Assembly: GCA_037189525.1 (NCBI GenBank)
Contig: JBBCJC010000002.1
Location: 480,001 to 544,000, forward strand
DNA: 64,000 bases
From: Gemmatimonadales bacterium
Lineage (GTDB): Bacteria > Gemmatimonadota > Gemmatimonadetes > Gemmatimonadales > GWC2-71-9
Reading direction: 5' to 3'
A model generated the notes under the pieces. That model was not told where the DNA came from, made no database searches, and saw only the letters and a list, made by a program, of their open reading frames with translations. The translations under genes and the position numbers were made by a program. Below are positions 1 to 12,943 of this stretch, in pieces (the stretch's first letter is position 1; each line of letters begins with the position of its first letter).

Positions 1-678
1 GCGCCGCGCCCGACGCTGGTGCAACTCCTCAACGGCGACAAGCCGTCGAATGTCGGCCCGGTCCGGTTTGCCCGCCCGGTGTACGCGGGATACAAGTATT
101 CGGGTGGTGGAACCGAAATTATCCAGCTGATGCTGGCGGATCTGACGAAGCGGCCATTTGCGCAGCTGATGCAGGAGACCGTGCTGGGTCCGATCGGGAT
201 GACGGGCAGTTCATTCGAACAGCCGCCGACGGGTGAGCTGGCGGAGCGGACCGCGCGAGCACATAGCCCGGGTGGAACGGCCATGGACGTCAAGTGGCAT
301 GTCTATGCCGAGCAGGCGGCGGCGGGGTTGTGGACGACGCCGACGGATCTGGTGCGCTTCGCGATCGAGGTCCAGACGGCCTATCGCGGCCCTGCCGGCA
401 AAGTTCTCTCACAGGCCTCGGCGCGGGAGATGGTCGCGCCCACGGGAGCGGGGCCGTTTGCGGTGGGGCTGATGGTCGAGAAGCGCGGCGAAGGCTGGTA
501 CTTCATGCACAGCGGCGGCAACTGGGGATTTTCGTGCAACATGATCGCCCACGTGCGCAAGGGTTACGGGGTCGTGATCATGCTGAATGGTGGCGGGGGC
601 CCGCTGATCCGTGAAGTCGAGGAGCGGGTCGCGGCGGCCTACGGCTGGGACAACCTGGATAAGGCGATTCCGCGCTGA
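1..678 (+). CDS. Serine hydrolase / beta-lactamase family protein, C-terminal part (5'-truncated by window)
   Basis: Frame is open from base 1. It carries YKYSGGG, AAAGLWTTPTDL and HSGGNWGF motifs typical of class C beta-lactamase-like serine hydrolases. Confidence 0.85.
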   Translation, partial: APRPTLVQLLNGDKPSNVGPVRFARPVYAGYKYSGGGTEIIQLMLADLTKRPFAQLMQETVLGPIGMTGSSFEQPPTGELAERTARAHSPGGTAMDVKWHVYAEQAAAGLWTTPTDLVRFAIEVQTAYRGPAGKVLSQASAREMVAPTGAGPFAVGLMVEKRGEGWYFMHSGGNWGFSCNMIAHVRKGYGVVIMLNGGGGPLIREVEERVAAAYGWDNLDKAIPR

Positions 679-696
679 TCGTCGAACATCAAAATT

Positions 697-739
697 GCTA
701 CGTACGCCGGGCCGGATAATCGGGCCCGGCGTACGTAGC
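697..739. terminator. Hairpin between convergent genes, probable bidirectional terminator
   Basis: Perfect 17-bp inverted repeat GCTACGTACGCCGGGCC (697-713) / GGCCCGGCGTACGTAGC (723-739), lying between stops at 678 (+) and 745 (-). Confidence 0.65.
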
Positions 740-744
740 GCCGT

Positions 745-2796
745 TCACGGCGTCTGACCGCGATACTTCGCGAACCAGCCTTCCAGGGTGGTGATCTTCG
801 ATGCCAGATGGCTGGGCCGGCGCCGGATCCCGTGCGGTTCCTCCGGCACCCGGACCAGCACCGTTTCCACGCCGAGCATGTGCAGCGCTTTGTAGTACTG
901 CTCCGATTCGGACATCGGCGTGCGATAGTCCTCTTCGCCCGTCATGATCAGGGTCGGAGTTTTGACGTTCTTCACGACCGAGAGCAGTGACCGCTTGGCA
1001 TAATTCTCGGCGTGGTCCCAGGGAAATCCGGGGAACCAGTTGTTCACCGACGCCGGCGCCATGTCGGCGGTGAGCGAGAAACTCTCCCAGTTGATGACCG
1101 GATAGAATGCCAGCGCCGCCTTGAAGCGGTTGGTATTGCCGATCATCCATGCGGTCAGCACGCCCCCGCCGCTTCCGCCGGTGACGAAGAGATTGTTGGG
1201 ATCGACGTAGCCCTTGGCGATCACGGCATCGACACCCGAGTCGAGGTCGTAGAAGTCGTCGCCGGGATAGGTATGATGGATCAGGTTACCAAACTCTTCG
1301 CCGTAGCTGGTGCTGCCCCGCGGATTGGGGTAAAAGACGACGTATCCGGCCGCCGCCATCAGTTGCTTCTCTTCATCGAACCGATCGCCGTAGTTGGCGA
1401 ACGGCCCGCCGTGGATCTCCAGGATCAACGGATACTTGCGCGATGGATCGAAGCCGGGCGGCTTGATGATCCAGCCGTGGATGTCGCGCTGATCCTTGGA
1501 TGACTTCCACCAGATCTCCTCGACCTGACCCAGAACCCGATCGCCCAGGACATCGTTGTTGAGGTCGGTCAGCATCCGGACCGGGCTGCCGGGAGCGGTG
1601 CGCGTCAACGCGATGTCCGAAATGACGCTGGGGGTGCTCAGCGTGTACGCGATGCTGCCATCGCGTGACACGGAATAGCTGCCGCCGCTATATGCTGAGC
1701 TGCCGGAGCCCAGATTGTGCGCCACGATGCGGTACGATCCGTCGAGCGACACGAGGGCGACTTTGGTGTTGCCCTTTTCATCGAACGCGACATAGACGCC
1801 TTTGCCGTCCGCGGTCCAGACCGGGCTCCGCACGCTCTGATCGATGCGCGAAGACAGCACCCGCTTACCGGAGCCGTCGCGATTCATCAGGTACAGCAGC
1901 GTATTCTGGTAGCCCACCTTGCGATCATCATATCCGGTATAGGCAATCAGGCGCCCATCGGGAGAAACTTCCGGGCTCTGATCCGGCCCGAATCGTTCGG
2001 TCAGCTGGCGCAGGGTCCCATCCTTGACCGACACGGCAAAGAGCTCGGATTCGCGGGAGTTCCACTCGGGCCGCTCGCCACGCCGCGCGGCGAGGATCAG
2101 TTCGGTGCCGTCCGGTGTCCAGGCGAGTGATCCTCCACCGAAGGGCATCCCGCCGTAGTGGTAGTCGCCCTTGGTGATCTGCCGCGCGGTACCCCCTTCG
2201 GCCGGCACGACGAACGCATGCATGTAGCCGGGCGGGACTTCGCCGGCTCCGTCGAAACGGAAGACGAGCCGGTCGGTATACTTGGGCGGTTCTGCCCAGG
2301 TAGCGCCAGACGGTGCGGTCAGCAACTGGCCGACGACGAGCGGGCGTTCCCGAACCTGGGCGACGAAGCCGATCTGCCTGCCATCCGGTGACCAGGTTAC
2401 GCCGCTAGGCGGGGTGGCCAGGCTGGTGATTGCGTAGGCCATGCCCGTGTCCAGGTACCGGACATGGATCTGGGCCGATCCGTCCCGGTTGGTGACGTAG
2501 GCAAGGCGCTTCCCGTCCGGCGACCAGCGCGGCGCGCTTTCGGAGAACTTGCCCGTCGTCAGCGGACGGTTGTCGCTCCCGTCCGCTTTGACGAGCCAGA
2601 TGTTGGAGTAGCGCCGATCGGTCATGACGTCCTGCCACTGGCGGACATAGGCAACCCACTGTCCGTCGGGCGAGATCTGCGGGTCGGCGGCGTACTCGAA
2701 CTTGAACAGGTCGGCCGGGGTGAGCTTCTGCTGGGCCGCGGCAGCGACAGGGGCTGCTCCGGCGAGCAGCCAGATCAGCAGGGCACGGGGTCGCAT
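745..2796 (-). CDS. S9 family peptidase (dipeptidyl aminopeptidase/acylaminoacyl peptidase), secreted
   Basis: Signal peptide MRPRALLIWLLAGAAPVAAAAQ, PD40/WD40-like WSPDG repeats, IHGGP, nucleophile GGSGGG, GEEDYR and EEPHGI. Start moved to 2796 because of an upstream GGGAG RBS. Confidence 0.92.
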   Translation of the reverse strand: MRPRALLIWLLAGAAPVAAAAQQKLTPADLFKFEYAADPQISPDGQWVAYVRQWQDVMTDRRYSNIWLVKADGSDNRPLTTGKFSESAPRWSPDGKRLAYVTNRDGSAQIHVRYLDTGMAYAITSLATPPSGVTWSPDGRQIGFVAQVRERPLVVGQLLTAPSGATWAEPPKYTDRLVFRFDGAGEVPPGYMHAFVVPAEGGTARQITKGDYHYGGMPFGGGSLAWTPDGTELILAARRGERPEWNSRESELFAVSVKDGTLRQLTERFGPDQSPEVSPDGRLIAYTGYDDRKVGYQNTLLYLMNRDGSGKRVLSSRIDQSVRSPVWTADGKGVYVAFDEKGNTKVALVSLDGSYRIVAHNLGSGSSAYSGGSYSVSRDGSIAYTLSTPSVISDIALTRTAPGSPVRMLTDLNNDVLGDRVLGQVEEIWWKSSKDQRDIHGWIIKPPGFDPSRKYPLILEIHGGPFANYGDRFDEEKQLMAAAGYVVFYPNPRGSTSYGEEFGNLIHHTYPGDDFYDLDSGVDAVIAKGYVDPNNLFVTGGSGGGVLTAWMIGNTNRFKAALAFYPVINWESFSLTADMAPASVNNWFPGFPWDHAENYAKRSLLSVVKNVKTPTLIMTGEEDYRTPMSESEQYYKALHMLGVETVLVRVPEEPHGIRRRPSHLASKITTLEGWFAKYRGQTP

Positions 2797-2934
2797 AGGG
2801 ACTCCCTGAGAATTGATGGAGATAACCGAACGAGCCACGATGTTAGCGCAAGTCGGCGGACCGTGCCAGCCGCGGCTCTGTTCCGGTCGCGATCATGATG
2901 GCAAATTGGAGGATTCCCCCACTTCGGAGCCCTC

Positions 2935-4128
2935 GTGTCGCGACGATCTGCCGCCATCGCGCTGTTCATCGCCGTCTGGCTGTCCGGGTGTGGTCGGGCT
3001 TCACCAGCGGCCGATCCCGCCGCGTGGCCGACGACCTCACCAGCAGCGGCCTCCGTCAACGGCGCGGTTCTCGACAGCATCGATAGCGAGATTGCCCGTG
3101 GCGACTACGGCTATGTCGACCGGATGCTGGTGATCCGGGGCGGCAAGATCGTCTTCGACAAGAGCTATCACCACGACTACGATGCCGCTTACGGCGACTC
3201 GGCCAAAGTGCCGAGTGCCCTCAATGCGTCGGACCCGACGGGGTCCTATAACTACTTCAATCCCTGGTGGCACCCGTTCTACCGGCGTGGCGATCTGCAC
3301 AGCTTGCAGTCGGTCACCAAGACTATCGCGTCGGTCGTCATCGGCGCCGCAGTCTACCGGGGCGACTTTCCCTCGATCGATACCCCAATCCTGACCTTCT
3401 TCGACACCACCAAGGTCGCCAACATCGACGCCCGGAAACGGCAGGTGACGGTCCGTCATCTGCTGACCATGACGGGCGGCTTCGATTGGAACGAGTCGTT
3501 GCCCTATATCGATCCTCGCAACAATGCCGTTGCCATGGAGGCCAGTCGCGACTGGGTCGAATACGTGATCAATCGCCCGATGGCGCGGACGCCTGGTGCG
3601 GAGTTCAACTACAGCAGCGGCGAGACGGAGCTGCTGGCCCACATCTTTCAACGAGCAACCGGCCTCGACATCGAGGAGTATGCCGCCCGCCACCTCTTTG
3701 CGCCGTTAGGCATCGAACGGTGGTTCTGGAAGCGGATTCCGACCGGGTTGATCGATACCGAAGGTGGGCTCTACCTCGAGGCGCGCGACCTGGCGCGGAT
3801 CTGGCAACTGTTCCTCGACGGCGGATCCTGGCGCGGAACGCAGATCGTGTCGAAGGAATGGGTCGAGGAATCGGTCAAGCCCGCCGTCCGCGCCGGCAAT
3901 CGAGCCGGGACGCCGTGGTACGGGCTCAAGTGGTGGCTCTATCCCAATCCCTCCGATACGACCAAGCTGATCTGGACCGGGTCCGGGTTCGGCGGACAAT
4001 TCCCGATGGTCCTTCCGGAGCGGAATCTCGTAATCGTGTTCAACGGGTGGAACATCCTGCCCGGCGGGAAGAACTTCCCCCGCGCCAATATCCTTGCGCG
4101 GCTGGTTGCCGCCGTACCGGAGAACTGA
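2935..4128 (+). CDS. Serine hydrolase (beta-lactamase/NylB-like family), probable lipoprotein
   Basis: Lipobox-like LSGC, SxxK motif SVTK, HLLTMTGG, FNYSSG, GSGFGGQ. Confidence 0.88.
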   Translation: MSRRSAAIALFIAVWLSGCGRASPAADPAAWPTTSPAAASVNGAVLDSIDSEIARGDYGYVDRMLVIRGGKIVFDKSYHHDYDAAYGDSAKVPSALNASDPTGSYNYFNPWWHPFYRRGDLHSLQSVTKTIASVVIGAAVYRGDFPSIDTPILTFFDTTKVANIDARKRQVTVRHLLTMTGGFDWNESLPYIDPRNNAVAMEASRDWVEYVINRPMARTPGAEFNYSSGETELLAHIFQRATGLDIEEYAARHLFAPLGIERWFWKRIPTGLIDTEGGLYLEARDLARIWQLFLDGGSWRGTQIVSKEWVEESVKPAVRAGNRAGTPWYGLKWWLYPNPSDTTKLIWTGSGFGGQFPMVLPERNLVIVFNGWNILPGGKNFPRANILARLVAAVPEN

Positions 4129-4210
4129 GACCGATCCGTTTGCCGGTTGGAGAGGTGATGCATTACGACATGGAGCGGCCCGGACAGCCCGGACCGCTCG
4201 ATAGATTGGA

Positions 4211-5995
4211 TCAGAAGGACACGCGGGTCGCTGTACTCGAGAGTGTGAACGTGGTTGCCAGCGTACCTGGCGTATAGATCCCTCCCTGGTAGAGACCATC
4301 GGCCAGCGTGCCCGTTGCGGAGCCGCCGAAGTAGACCCGGTAGCTGGTTCCCGTCGCGAACACCGGCGACGAAATCGCGATCGACTGATAGGCACGGGCG
4401 GGAACGAAGTCGATCACGTCTTTGCCGTCGGCCGAGCTGATGTGGACCAGCGTTCCGGCCGCGCGGGACGAGAAGGACAGCAGCGCCGAAGGCTGGCTTG
4501 ATGCTGCGGACGTGGCCTGGGCCATTCCCGAGCTCCCCGCAGCAACCAGGAACCCGCCTGTCATTCGGAAGGTCCCGTCGTAATCGACCGCTGCGTTGTT
4601 GTTGGCCGATGGCCCATGGACGATGACGCAGCCACCGGTCATCACGATCGATCCGTTCACATCGACGCCGTCGCCGGTTGCGTTGCTGACGATGTAACCT
4701 CCGTTGATGTAGAGGTAGTAGGTCGTCGACGACTGGACCATGTCACCGGCACCCGCCACGTTGATCCCATCATCGCTCGAGACGACGCGGATACGTCCGC
4801 CGTTGATCGTCATGTCGGCCTCGGCGTTCTCGATCCCTTCGTAGCTCTTGGTTACGTCGATGTCGCCGCCGTTGATCACGAGTTCCGCGTCGGCGTGGAC
4901 GGCGTCGTCGCCGCTTGCGATCTCGATCTGTCCGCCGTTGATCACCAGTTCACCGTCCGAGTGCAGGCCGTCGTCGGCCGTGTCGAGCTTGATCGTCCCC
5001 CCATCCACGACTACGAGCAGTCCTTTGATGCCCTTGGCCGAGAGGTCGTCGGAGAGGACAACGTTGCTGCCGCCCCCGGCGGTGATGGTGAGCGTTCCAT
5101 CGGTGACGAGAGCGTCGGTCTCGGCCTGGACACCGTCGCCGCTGGCCCGGATCGTTATGGTTCCGCCAGCCACGAGGACGTAGCCCTGGGTCACGTCGCC
5201 GTCTTCATCCGACTTGAGGCCGTCACCGCCCGAGGTGATGTCGAGCGTACCGTTCCGAACTACCAGGTAGTCTTTCCCTCGGATCCCGTCGTCTGCCGCG
5301 GTAACGGAGATCGTCCCGCCTGCGATGACGAGACCGTCCTTGCTGGTGATGCCATCGTTATATCGCGCCGTCACGATCAAGGAGCCGGCGCCGCCGATCG
5401 ACAGATTGTCCTCGCTGTAGATCGCAGCGTTCTGATCGACGCCGCTCGGATAGATTGCGCCGTCGGTGACCCGGTTAACCGAGTTGTCGGCCAGGATCAG
5501 GACGGTCTTCGCAGCTTTGGTGACGATGAGCGGCGCATCGGCCGAGTTGTTGAGCGTTACGCCATCCAGGACGAGGCGTACCAGCGCGCCGGCGGCATTG
5601 ACGACGACCTGCCCGTCATCGAGCGTGCCTGTCAAACGATAGGTGCCAGCTGCGCTGATCGTCACCTTGGTTCCGCTGACGCTGGCGCCGTCCCCACCGA
5701 CCGAGATCGATGTTCCACTCAGTGTGATAGGGATGGCCTCTGCCGTGTTCCAGACATAGTCCGAGGCCACCTCGTGATCGGCGGCGTTGGCCGACAGGGC
5801 GCTGGTGACCGTGAACGGACTGCTGTCGACTCCGCTTTCCTGGCATGCGAGCGTCTGAATCTGAATGGTGCTCAGGTCCGTGTCACCGTCCGAATCATCG
5901 GTTCCGGTGACGCTACCGTCGCTGCATCCCAACGCTGCGCAGAGTGCGCCGAAGGCGAATGCTCGCCGCATCGCCGCAGATGGTGTGATAGCCAT
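4211..5995 (-). CDS. Carbohydrate-binding beta-helix lipoprotein (DUF4353/Cthe_2159-like)
   Basis: Lipobox ALGC. VTISAAGTYRLTGTLDDGQVVV and repeated GGTIxIxAxDDGI units, DGVDVNG, NAAVDYDG. AGGAG RBS before ATG 5995. Confidence 0.8.
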   Translation of the reverse strand: MAITPSAAMRRAFAFGALCAALGCSDGSVTGTDDSDGDTDLSTIQIQTLACQESGVDSSPFTVTSALSANAADHEVASDYVWNTAEAIPITLSGTSISVGGDGASVSGTKVTISAAGTYRLTGTLDDGQVVVNAAGALVRLVLDGVTLNNSADAPLIVTKAAKTVLILADNSVNRVTDGAIYPSGVDQNAAIYSEDNLSIGGAGSLIVTARYNDGITSKDGLVIAGGTISVTAADDGIRGKDYLVVRNGTLDITSGGDGLKSDEDGDVTQGYVLVAGGTITIRASGDGVQAETDALVTDGTLTITAGGGSNVVLSDDLSAKGIKGLLVVVDGGTIKLDTADDGLHSDGELVINGGQIEIASGDDAVHADAELVINGGDIDVTKSYEGIENAEADMTINGGRIRVVSSDDGINVAGAGDMVQSSTTYYLYINGGYIVSNATGDGVDVNGSIVMTGGCVIVHGPSANNNAAVDYDGTFRMTGGFLVAAGSSGMAQATSAASSQPSALLSFSSRAAGTLVHISSADGKDVIDFVPARAYQSIAISSPVFATGTSYRVYFGGSATGTLADGLYQGGIYTPGTLATTFTLSSTATRVSF

Positions 5996-6289
5996 GCCGT
6001 GTCTCCTCGTATCGCCGATTTCCGGTCGGCAGTGTCGACCCGTGATCGCCGCGGCGTCCGCGACGTCTGAGTGGCCGGGGGACACGAGATGCACGTCGAG
6101 GCCCCTATCACTGCGATAGTCGCGGGTCCGCCTGCGAAATTCGCCGGAACGGTGATGGTCGAGCAGATACGAGGGTGAAACGGGAGTGTATCGAGGGCGG
6201 AGGTCGGCGGCGCCTGCCGATCATGCATTCGGATGATGAGCGGAAAGGGGCGGACCCACTCGAATGAGTCCACCCCTTCCTGCTTGGCG

Positions 6290-7108
6290 TTACCAGGAGA
6301 TTGCGAGGCCCAGGCCTATGGTGAGCGACGAGATGTCCCGGATGGCGTTGTCGAGCGGCACGCGTACGGTCAGCGAGGGACGAACCGCGCCGGGCCGCAG
6401 CTGAATCTGGCTGACGATCGAATGGAAGCTCCGATCATCGAAGGCCAGGTCGCTCTCGGTCAGCACGGCGCGACCGGTGACGCCGATGGTGGCGAGGTAC
6501 CCCGCGCTCTCATGACCTGCTCGGACGCCGTAGTCCGCAATGAACTCCGGATCGACATCGTTGCCCCCTGCGTCCATCAGAAAGGCGCCGCCGACTCGGA
6601 AGCCGAGGAGAAAGCCGTTGTCGTTGCGGGTGATGAACTCGCCACCGCCGCGAAAGGTCATGCGTTCCGGAATGAAGGCTTCCAGGCGATCGAGATCGGA
6701 AACCCCGCCGGCTGCGTACGCTGCGAGACTGCCCAGGTCCTCGGGCTCCTGAGCCAGCGGCAATCGAAGACCGGCATGCCCGACGAAAGAACCGCTCGCA
6801 TTGGGAAAGCGGAGACCGACGTACGGATTGCCCGCCAGCGTGGTCGATCCGAGGGGCTCATCGAGACTGCTCAGGCCGATCGGCAGCTCCGCTTCGAGCA
6901 GCATGCGGTCGCCGATTCGAGTGCCGGCGGAAAGAAAGAGCGCGCCGGTAAAGAATTTGCTGCCCTCCTCCTGGAAAATCGGCCGATAGCCTTCGAGCCC
7001 CACGGTCCAGCGGCTAATGGGTGGCGTATACCAATATTCCTGGGCAGCGAGCGGTGCGCCAGCTGCGCCAATCAGGAGAATGAACGAAATTCGGGCACGA
7101 AATGACAT
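6290..7108 (-). CDS. Hypothetical outer-membrane beta-barrel protein
   Basis: Signal peptide (APLAA-QE), alternating beta-strand pattern, GNPYVGL segment, C-terminal aromatic residue (LAISW). Confidence 0.6.
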   Translation of the reverse strand: MSFRARISFILLIGAAGAPLAAQEYWYTPPISRWTVGLEGYRPIFQEEGSKFFTGALFLSAGTRIGDRMLLEAELPIGLSSLDEPLGSTTLAGNPYVGLRFPNASGSFVGHAGLRLPLAQEPEDLGSLAAYAAGGVSDLDRLEAFIPERMTFRGGGEFITRNDNGFLLGFRVGGAFLMDAGGNDVDPEFIADYGVRAGHESAGYLATIGVTGRAVLTESDLAFDDRSFHSIVSQIQLRPGAVRPSLTVRVPLDNAIRDISSLTIGLGLAISW

Positions 7109-7197
7109 GTAGTGGCTCCACGAAGTGGTGGTGTAGATGTGAGACGTCTCATCACCCGAGCCCGTTCACATCGACACCACCAGTGGAGCAACCGAGA

Positions 7198-9162
<1,965 letters not shown>

Positions 9163-9231
9163 AATGTTCCTCGGACCTGAGGGGAGTCCGAAGAATGCCT
9201 GACTTGGCCGCAGCCGTCCAGTGGGGAGGCT

Positions 9232-9280
9232 AAAAAAAGGGGACACCAAAGGGGGTGATTCACTCCCCCCTTGGGCGTCC
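9232..9280 (-). terminator. Rho-independent terminator of VOC gene
   Basis: Minus strand reads GGACGCCCAAGGGGG...CCCCCTTTGGTGTCC followed by CC and T7, just after the stop at 9286. Confidence 0.75.
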
Positions 9281-9285
9281 GCCGG

Positions 9286-10059
9286 TTAGCGCTGCATCGA
9301 CACCAGGGCAAAGCCCGCGCCCTGCGGGTCCTCACACTGGACCACCCAGGCATCGCCCGGGACGGACATCGGGCCGAAGATGACGCGTCCGCCCCGTGAG
9401 GTCACCGCGTCGATGGCCCGGTCGAGTGCCGGGACGCTGAAGTAGTACAGCCAGAACGGTGCGGGGGCTTCGGGCGGCTTGTTCATCATGCCACCTAACG
9501 GTTCGCCGCCCGATGCGAAGAGCTGGTAGGTGCCCATCTCTCCCATGTCCATCGCCTCGCCCTTGGTCCAGCCGAACTGCGCAGCGTAAAAGTCGAACGC
9601 GCTCGACCAGTCGGTTGTCATCAGTTCGTGCCAGGCGCCGAACCCGTCCGTCATCGGTGGAACCGCCGCTTCCTCCGTACCTGGCAGCGGCGTGAACAAG
9701 GTAAAGATCGCGCCCTGCGGGTCCGCGACGATAGAGAAGCGCCCGACGGTCGGAATGTCTTCGGGCTGGCGGTGGACCGTTCCGCCGGCCGCGGCAACCT
9801 TCGAAGTGGCCGCATCGACATCGTCCGTACCGATGTACCCCATCCAGGCAGGCAGGCCGCCGGCATCCAACGCTTCCTGGGGAAGCGGCATGAGGCCGGC
9901 CACACTTTTCCCGTTGGCCGAGAGGATCGTGTAGGGGAAGGGGCCGGTGGTGAACTCCTGCGCCGACCATCCGATCACGCCGCGATAGAACTCTTGCGCA
10001 GCTTTCGTATCGGTGGTAGCGAGCTCGTACCAGACGAAGGGGCTTCCTTGGATGGGCAT
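9286..10059 (-). CDS. VOC family (glyoxalase/bleomycin resistance) two-domain protein
   Basis: Duplicated WxEL..TTD...A..FY...GW and DPQGA.F motifs. AAAGGAG RBS. Confidence 0.9.
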   Translation of the reverse strand: MPIQGSPFVWYELATTDTKAAQEFYRGVIGWSAQEFTTGPFPYTILSANGKSVAGLMPLPQEALDAGGLPAWMGYIGTDDVDAATSKVAAAGGTVHRQPEDIPTVGRFSIVADPQGAIFTLFTPLPGTEEAAVPPMTDGFGAWHELMTTDWSSAFDFYAAQFGWTKGEAMDMGEMGTYQLFASGGEPLGGMMNKPPEAPAPFWLYYFSVPALDRAIDAVTSRGGRVIFGPMSVPGDAWVVQCEDPQGAGFALVSMQR

Positions 10060-10129
10060 GAGATGCTCCTTTCGGTTCGGACGGGACGGACGCGTGTATC
10101 GTCCCGGAAGTTACGGGTCCGGAAACAGA

Positions 10130-10675
10130 TCAGGAACCGGGTGTCGTGGTCGCCGCCGGGGTCGGGCCTGGACGACGGTACCCTTGCCGCCACCCGGCCC
10201 AGTGTCCCAGAATCAGCGCGGCGATGACGGCGATACCGATCCACGGCCGCCGGGCCACCACTTCACGGTTGACGGACCAGAAGGCGACGGCGCACACGAG
10301 CATCGGCAACACGAGGCCGGGGAGCCACGCCAGACGCAACGGGCCCGGGTTGTCCGCCTGAATGGCGGCGAGGATCCAGTTGAAGGTCTGGAGTGAAATG
10401 ACGCCAAGGATGATGTGTAAGGTGATGACGGTAAGGACCTGGCCGACGCGTCCTCCCGGTAGCCACGCAAAATGGCCGCGTACCGCGCCGGCAGCCAGCG
10501 GTCCCGCCAGTGCGAGCCAGCGGATCATCATCAGAATGATCACCCCGCCGAATCCCGCCAGCGAACTCTTGTCCCCGCCCAGCGGATAGCTGGCAGCCTC
10601 CGCCCAGGCGAGAGCGAGCTGCACGCTCATAAAGGCGCCGAAGAGGAGCGAGACGTTGAGGAGGAAGGTGCCCAT
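10130..10675 (-). CDS. Hypothetical integral membrane protein (about 5 TM)
   Basis: Five hydrophobic segments. Same strand as its neighbours and fills the gap between them. Confidence 0.6.
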   Translation of the reverse strand: MGTFLLNVSLLFGAFMSVQLALAWAEAASYPLGGDKSSLAGFGGVIILMMIRWLALAGPLAAGAVRGHFAWLPGGRVGQVLTVITLHIILGVISLQTFNWILAAIQADNPGPLRLAWLPGLVLPMLVCAVAFWSVNREVVARRPWIGIAVIAALILGHWAGWRQGYRRPGPTPAATTTPGS

Positions 10676-10747
10676 GGTACGAAACGGGTAAGGGCCGGCG
10701 TTGCCACCGGCCCTGATGAAGTTACCAGCGATCGATTGCTGCGGTGA

Positions 10748-12934
10748 TCAGGCCCACTTGAGTCCGGCCTTGGACAGCGGAAGCGATCGGATCCGCTTCC
10801 CCGATGCCGCGAAGATCGCGTTGCACAAGGCGGGCACCACCGGCGGAAGGGCCGGCTCTCCGATCCCGGTCGGTGAGTGGTCGCTGACCAGGAAATGGAC
10901 TTCCACCGGCGGCGATTGCGTCAGCCGGATGATGGGGAAGTCGTGATAGTTGCTTTCCTTGGCTCGGCCCTTGTCGATCGTGATCTCCTGCGCAAACGCT
11001 TCGCTCAACCCGTCGAGCACCGATCCCTCGACCTGGTTGATGGCGCCGCTCGGATTGATGATCTGTCGGCCGATGTCGCCCGCCACCCAGACTTTGTTGA
11101 CCCGGAACGTGTCCGGAGTCTTCATGGTGACCTCGACCACTTCGGCAAAGTAGCCGCGATGGCTGTAATGGAACGCGACTCCGCGCCCGGTACCCTGCGG
11201 CAGCGGCGTCTTACCCCATCCGGACTTCTCGGCCACCAGCTCGAGCACGCCGCGCATCCGGGCGGCGTCGTAGCCGCCCGGGCCTTCGCCGACCATGCGG
11301 GGATCGCCCAACAACTCGAGCCGTACTTCGACCGGATCGCGCCCGGCCGCATGTGCCAGCTCATCGATGAACGAGTGGTAGACGAAGGCGAGCGCGTTGC
11401 TGCCCGGCGCCCGAAGCGGACCGGTGGGCACGCCGAGCGGCATGACCGACGAGGCCAACTCGAAGTTGGGAATGAAGCGCGACGGAAACTCGGTCGGGGC
11501 CACACCGGCGCTCGGTGCGAAGCGTTCGCCCTCTCCGAAGCTGACGAAATGATTCTGCCACGCCGAGATCTTTCCGTTCCGGTCGACGCCGCCCTTGAGG
11601 AAGTGGAACCCCGCCGGGCGATAGAAGCCGTGCTGGGTATCGTCCTCACGGGTCCAGAGCAGTTTGACCGGCGTGCCCGCCATTTCCTTGGCGATCCACG
11701 CGGCCTCGACCATGAAATCGTTGATCAGACGGCGTCCGAAACCGCCGCCACCGCGAACCAGGTGGATGGTGATGGCCCCTTTATCGATACCCAGCGTCGA
11801 GGCCACCAGGTCGCGGCCCGGTTCGGGGTTCTGGGTCGGCGCCCAGATTTCCATGGCGCCGTCTTTGAAATGCGCGGTGCAGTTCTGCGGTTCGAGCGCG
11901 GCGTGATGCAGGAACGGGTAGTAGTACTCCGCTTCGACCACTTTGGCCGCGCTACGCAGCGCGGCGTCGACGTCGCCCTCACGATGCAGGACCCGCTGCG
12001 GTGTTTGCTTACCTAGCGTAGCGGCCGTGGCCGCAAAGCCGGCGCTCGACTGCTCGGCGGTCGGTCCTTCGTTCCAGGTCACCTCGAGTTTGCGGCGAGC
12101 CCGGATCGTGTCCCACCAGGTGTCCGCCACGATGGCCACGCCGCCGAGCAAGCCGGTCAGCGCCGTTCCGCCTTCGACGACGAACGCTTTCCGGATTCCG
12201 GGCATGGTGCGGATGACATCGAGGTTGGCCGTCGCGACCTTGCCGGCGAACACCGGGCATTTGACGAAGACGGCGTGCACCATACCGGGCACCTTCACGT
12301 CGATGCCGAACAACGGTTTGCCGGTCGTGATCTTCTTGTTGTCGACGCCGGACAGCGGCTGGCCGATGATCTTGAAGTCCTTCGGATCCTTGACCCGGAC
12401 GGTGGCCAGATCGGGCGCCGGCATGGTTGCCGCCTTGGCCGCCAGCTCGCCATAGCTCAGCTTGCGGTGCGTCTTGTGGTGATGGACCGCGTTGCCGCCG
12501 GTGCCCAGTTCACTCTCCGGCACGCCCAGCGTCGCGGCGGCCGCGGCAATCAGCATCTGCCGACCTGCCGCGCCCAGTTTGCGGAGCTCGTCGTAGTTCA
12601 TCGGAGTAGCCGTGCTGCCGCCGGCAAACTGGCGTCCGTACTTGGCGGCATCCGCATCGGCCTGCTCGATCGTCACCGTCTTCCAGTCGACATCCAGTTC
12701 CTCGGCCACCAGCATCGGCAGCATGGTGCGCACACCCTGGCCGACTTCCGGGTTCTTGGCGATGATGGTGACGACGCCCTTGGGGTCGATCCGGATGAAG
12801 TGATTCGGGGTGAAGGCGGCGGCGCTCTTGGCTCCGGCGGTCAGCGGCTCGAGATACGAACCCAGCAACAATCCGCCGCCTGCGAGCGCGGTGACCTTGA
12901 GAAACGCGCGGCGATCTACCAGGGAGGCAGTCAT
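10748..12934 (-). CDS. Xanthine dehydrogenase family molybdopterin-binding subunit (isoquinoline 1-oxidoreductase beta/IorB-like), Tat-exported
   Basis: Tat motif [33 protein letters not shown]. Confidence 0.92.
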   Translation of the reverse strand: MTASLVDRRAFLKVTALAGGGLLLGSYLEPLTAGAKSAAAFTPNHFIRIDPKGVVTIIAKNPEVGQGVRTMLPMLVAEELDVDWKTVTIEQADADAAKYGRQFAGGSTATPMNYDELRKLGAAGRQMLIAAAAATLGVPESELGTGGNAVHHHKTHRKLSYGELAAKAATMPAPDLATVRVKDPKDFKIIGQPLSGVDNKKITTGKPLFGIDVKVPGMVHAVFVKCPVFAGKVATANLDVIRTMPGIRKAFVVEGGTALTGLLGGVAIVADTWWDTIRARRKLEVTWNEGPTAEQSSAGFAATAATLGKQTPQRVLHREGDVDAALRSAAKVVEAEYYYPFLHHAALEPQNCTAHFKDGAMEIWAPTQNPEPGRDLVASTLGIDKGAITIHLVRGGGGFGRRLINDFMVEAAWIAKEMAGTPVKLLWTREDDTQHGFYRPAGFHFLKGGVDRNGKISAWQNHFVSFGEGERFAPSAGVAPTEFPSRFIPNFELASSVMPLGVPTGPLRAPGSNALAFVYHSFIDELAHAAGRDPVEVRLELLGDPRMVGEGPGGYDAARMRGVLELVAEKSGWGKTPLPQGTGRGVAFHYSHRGYFAEVVEVTMKTPDTFRVNKVWVAGDIGRQIINPSGAINQVEGSVLDGLSEAFAQEITIDKGRAKESNYHDFPIIRLTQSPPVEVHFLVSDHSPTGIGEPALPPVVPALCNAIFAASGKRIRSLPLSKAGLKWA

Positions 12935-12943
12935 CGGATTCTC

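Noticed and set aside
697..739. REP element (GTAG-containing palindrome)
   Set aside because: Single copy in the window between convergent stops, and GTAG is not in the usual 5' position. A terminator is the simpler explanation.
5996..6289. Riboswitch in the ~290-nt region upstream of the DUF4353 gene
   Set aside because: I could not recognise any known aptamer consensus. Only a terminator-like hairpin near 6242-6280 is evident. An Rfam scan would be needed.
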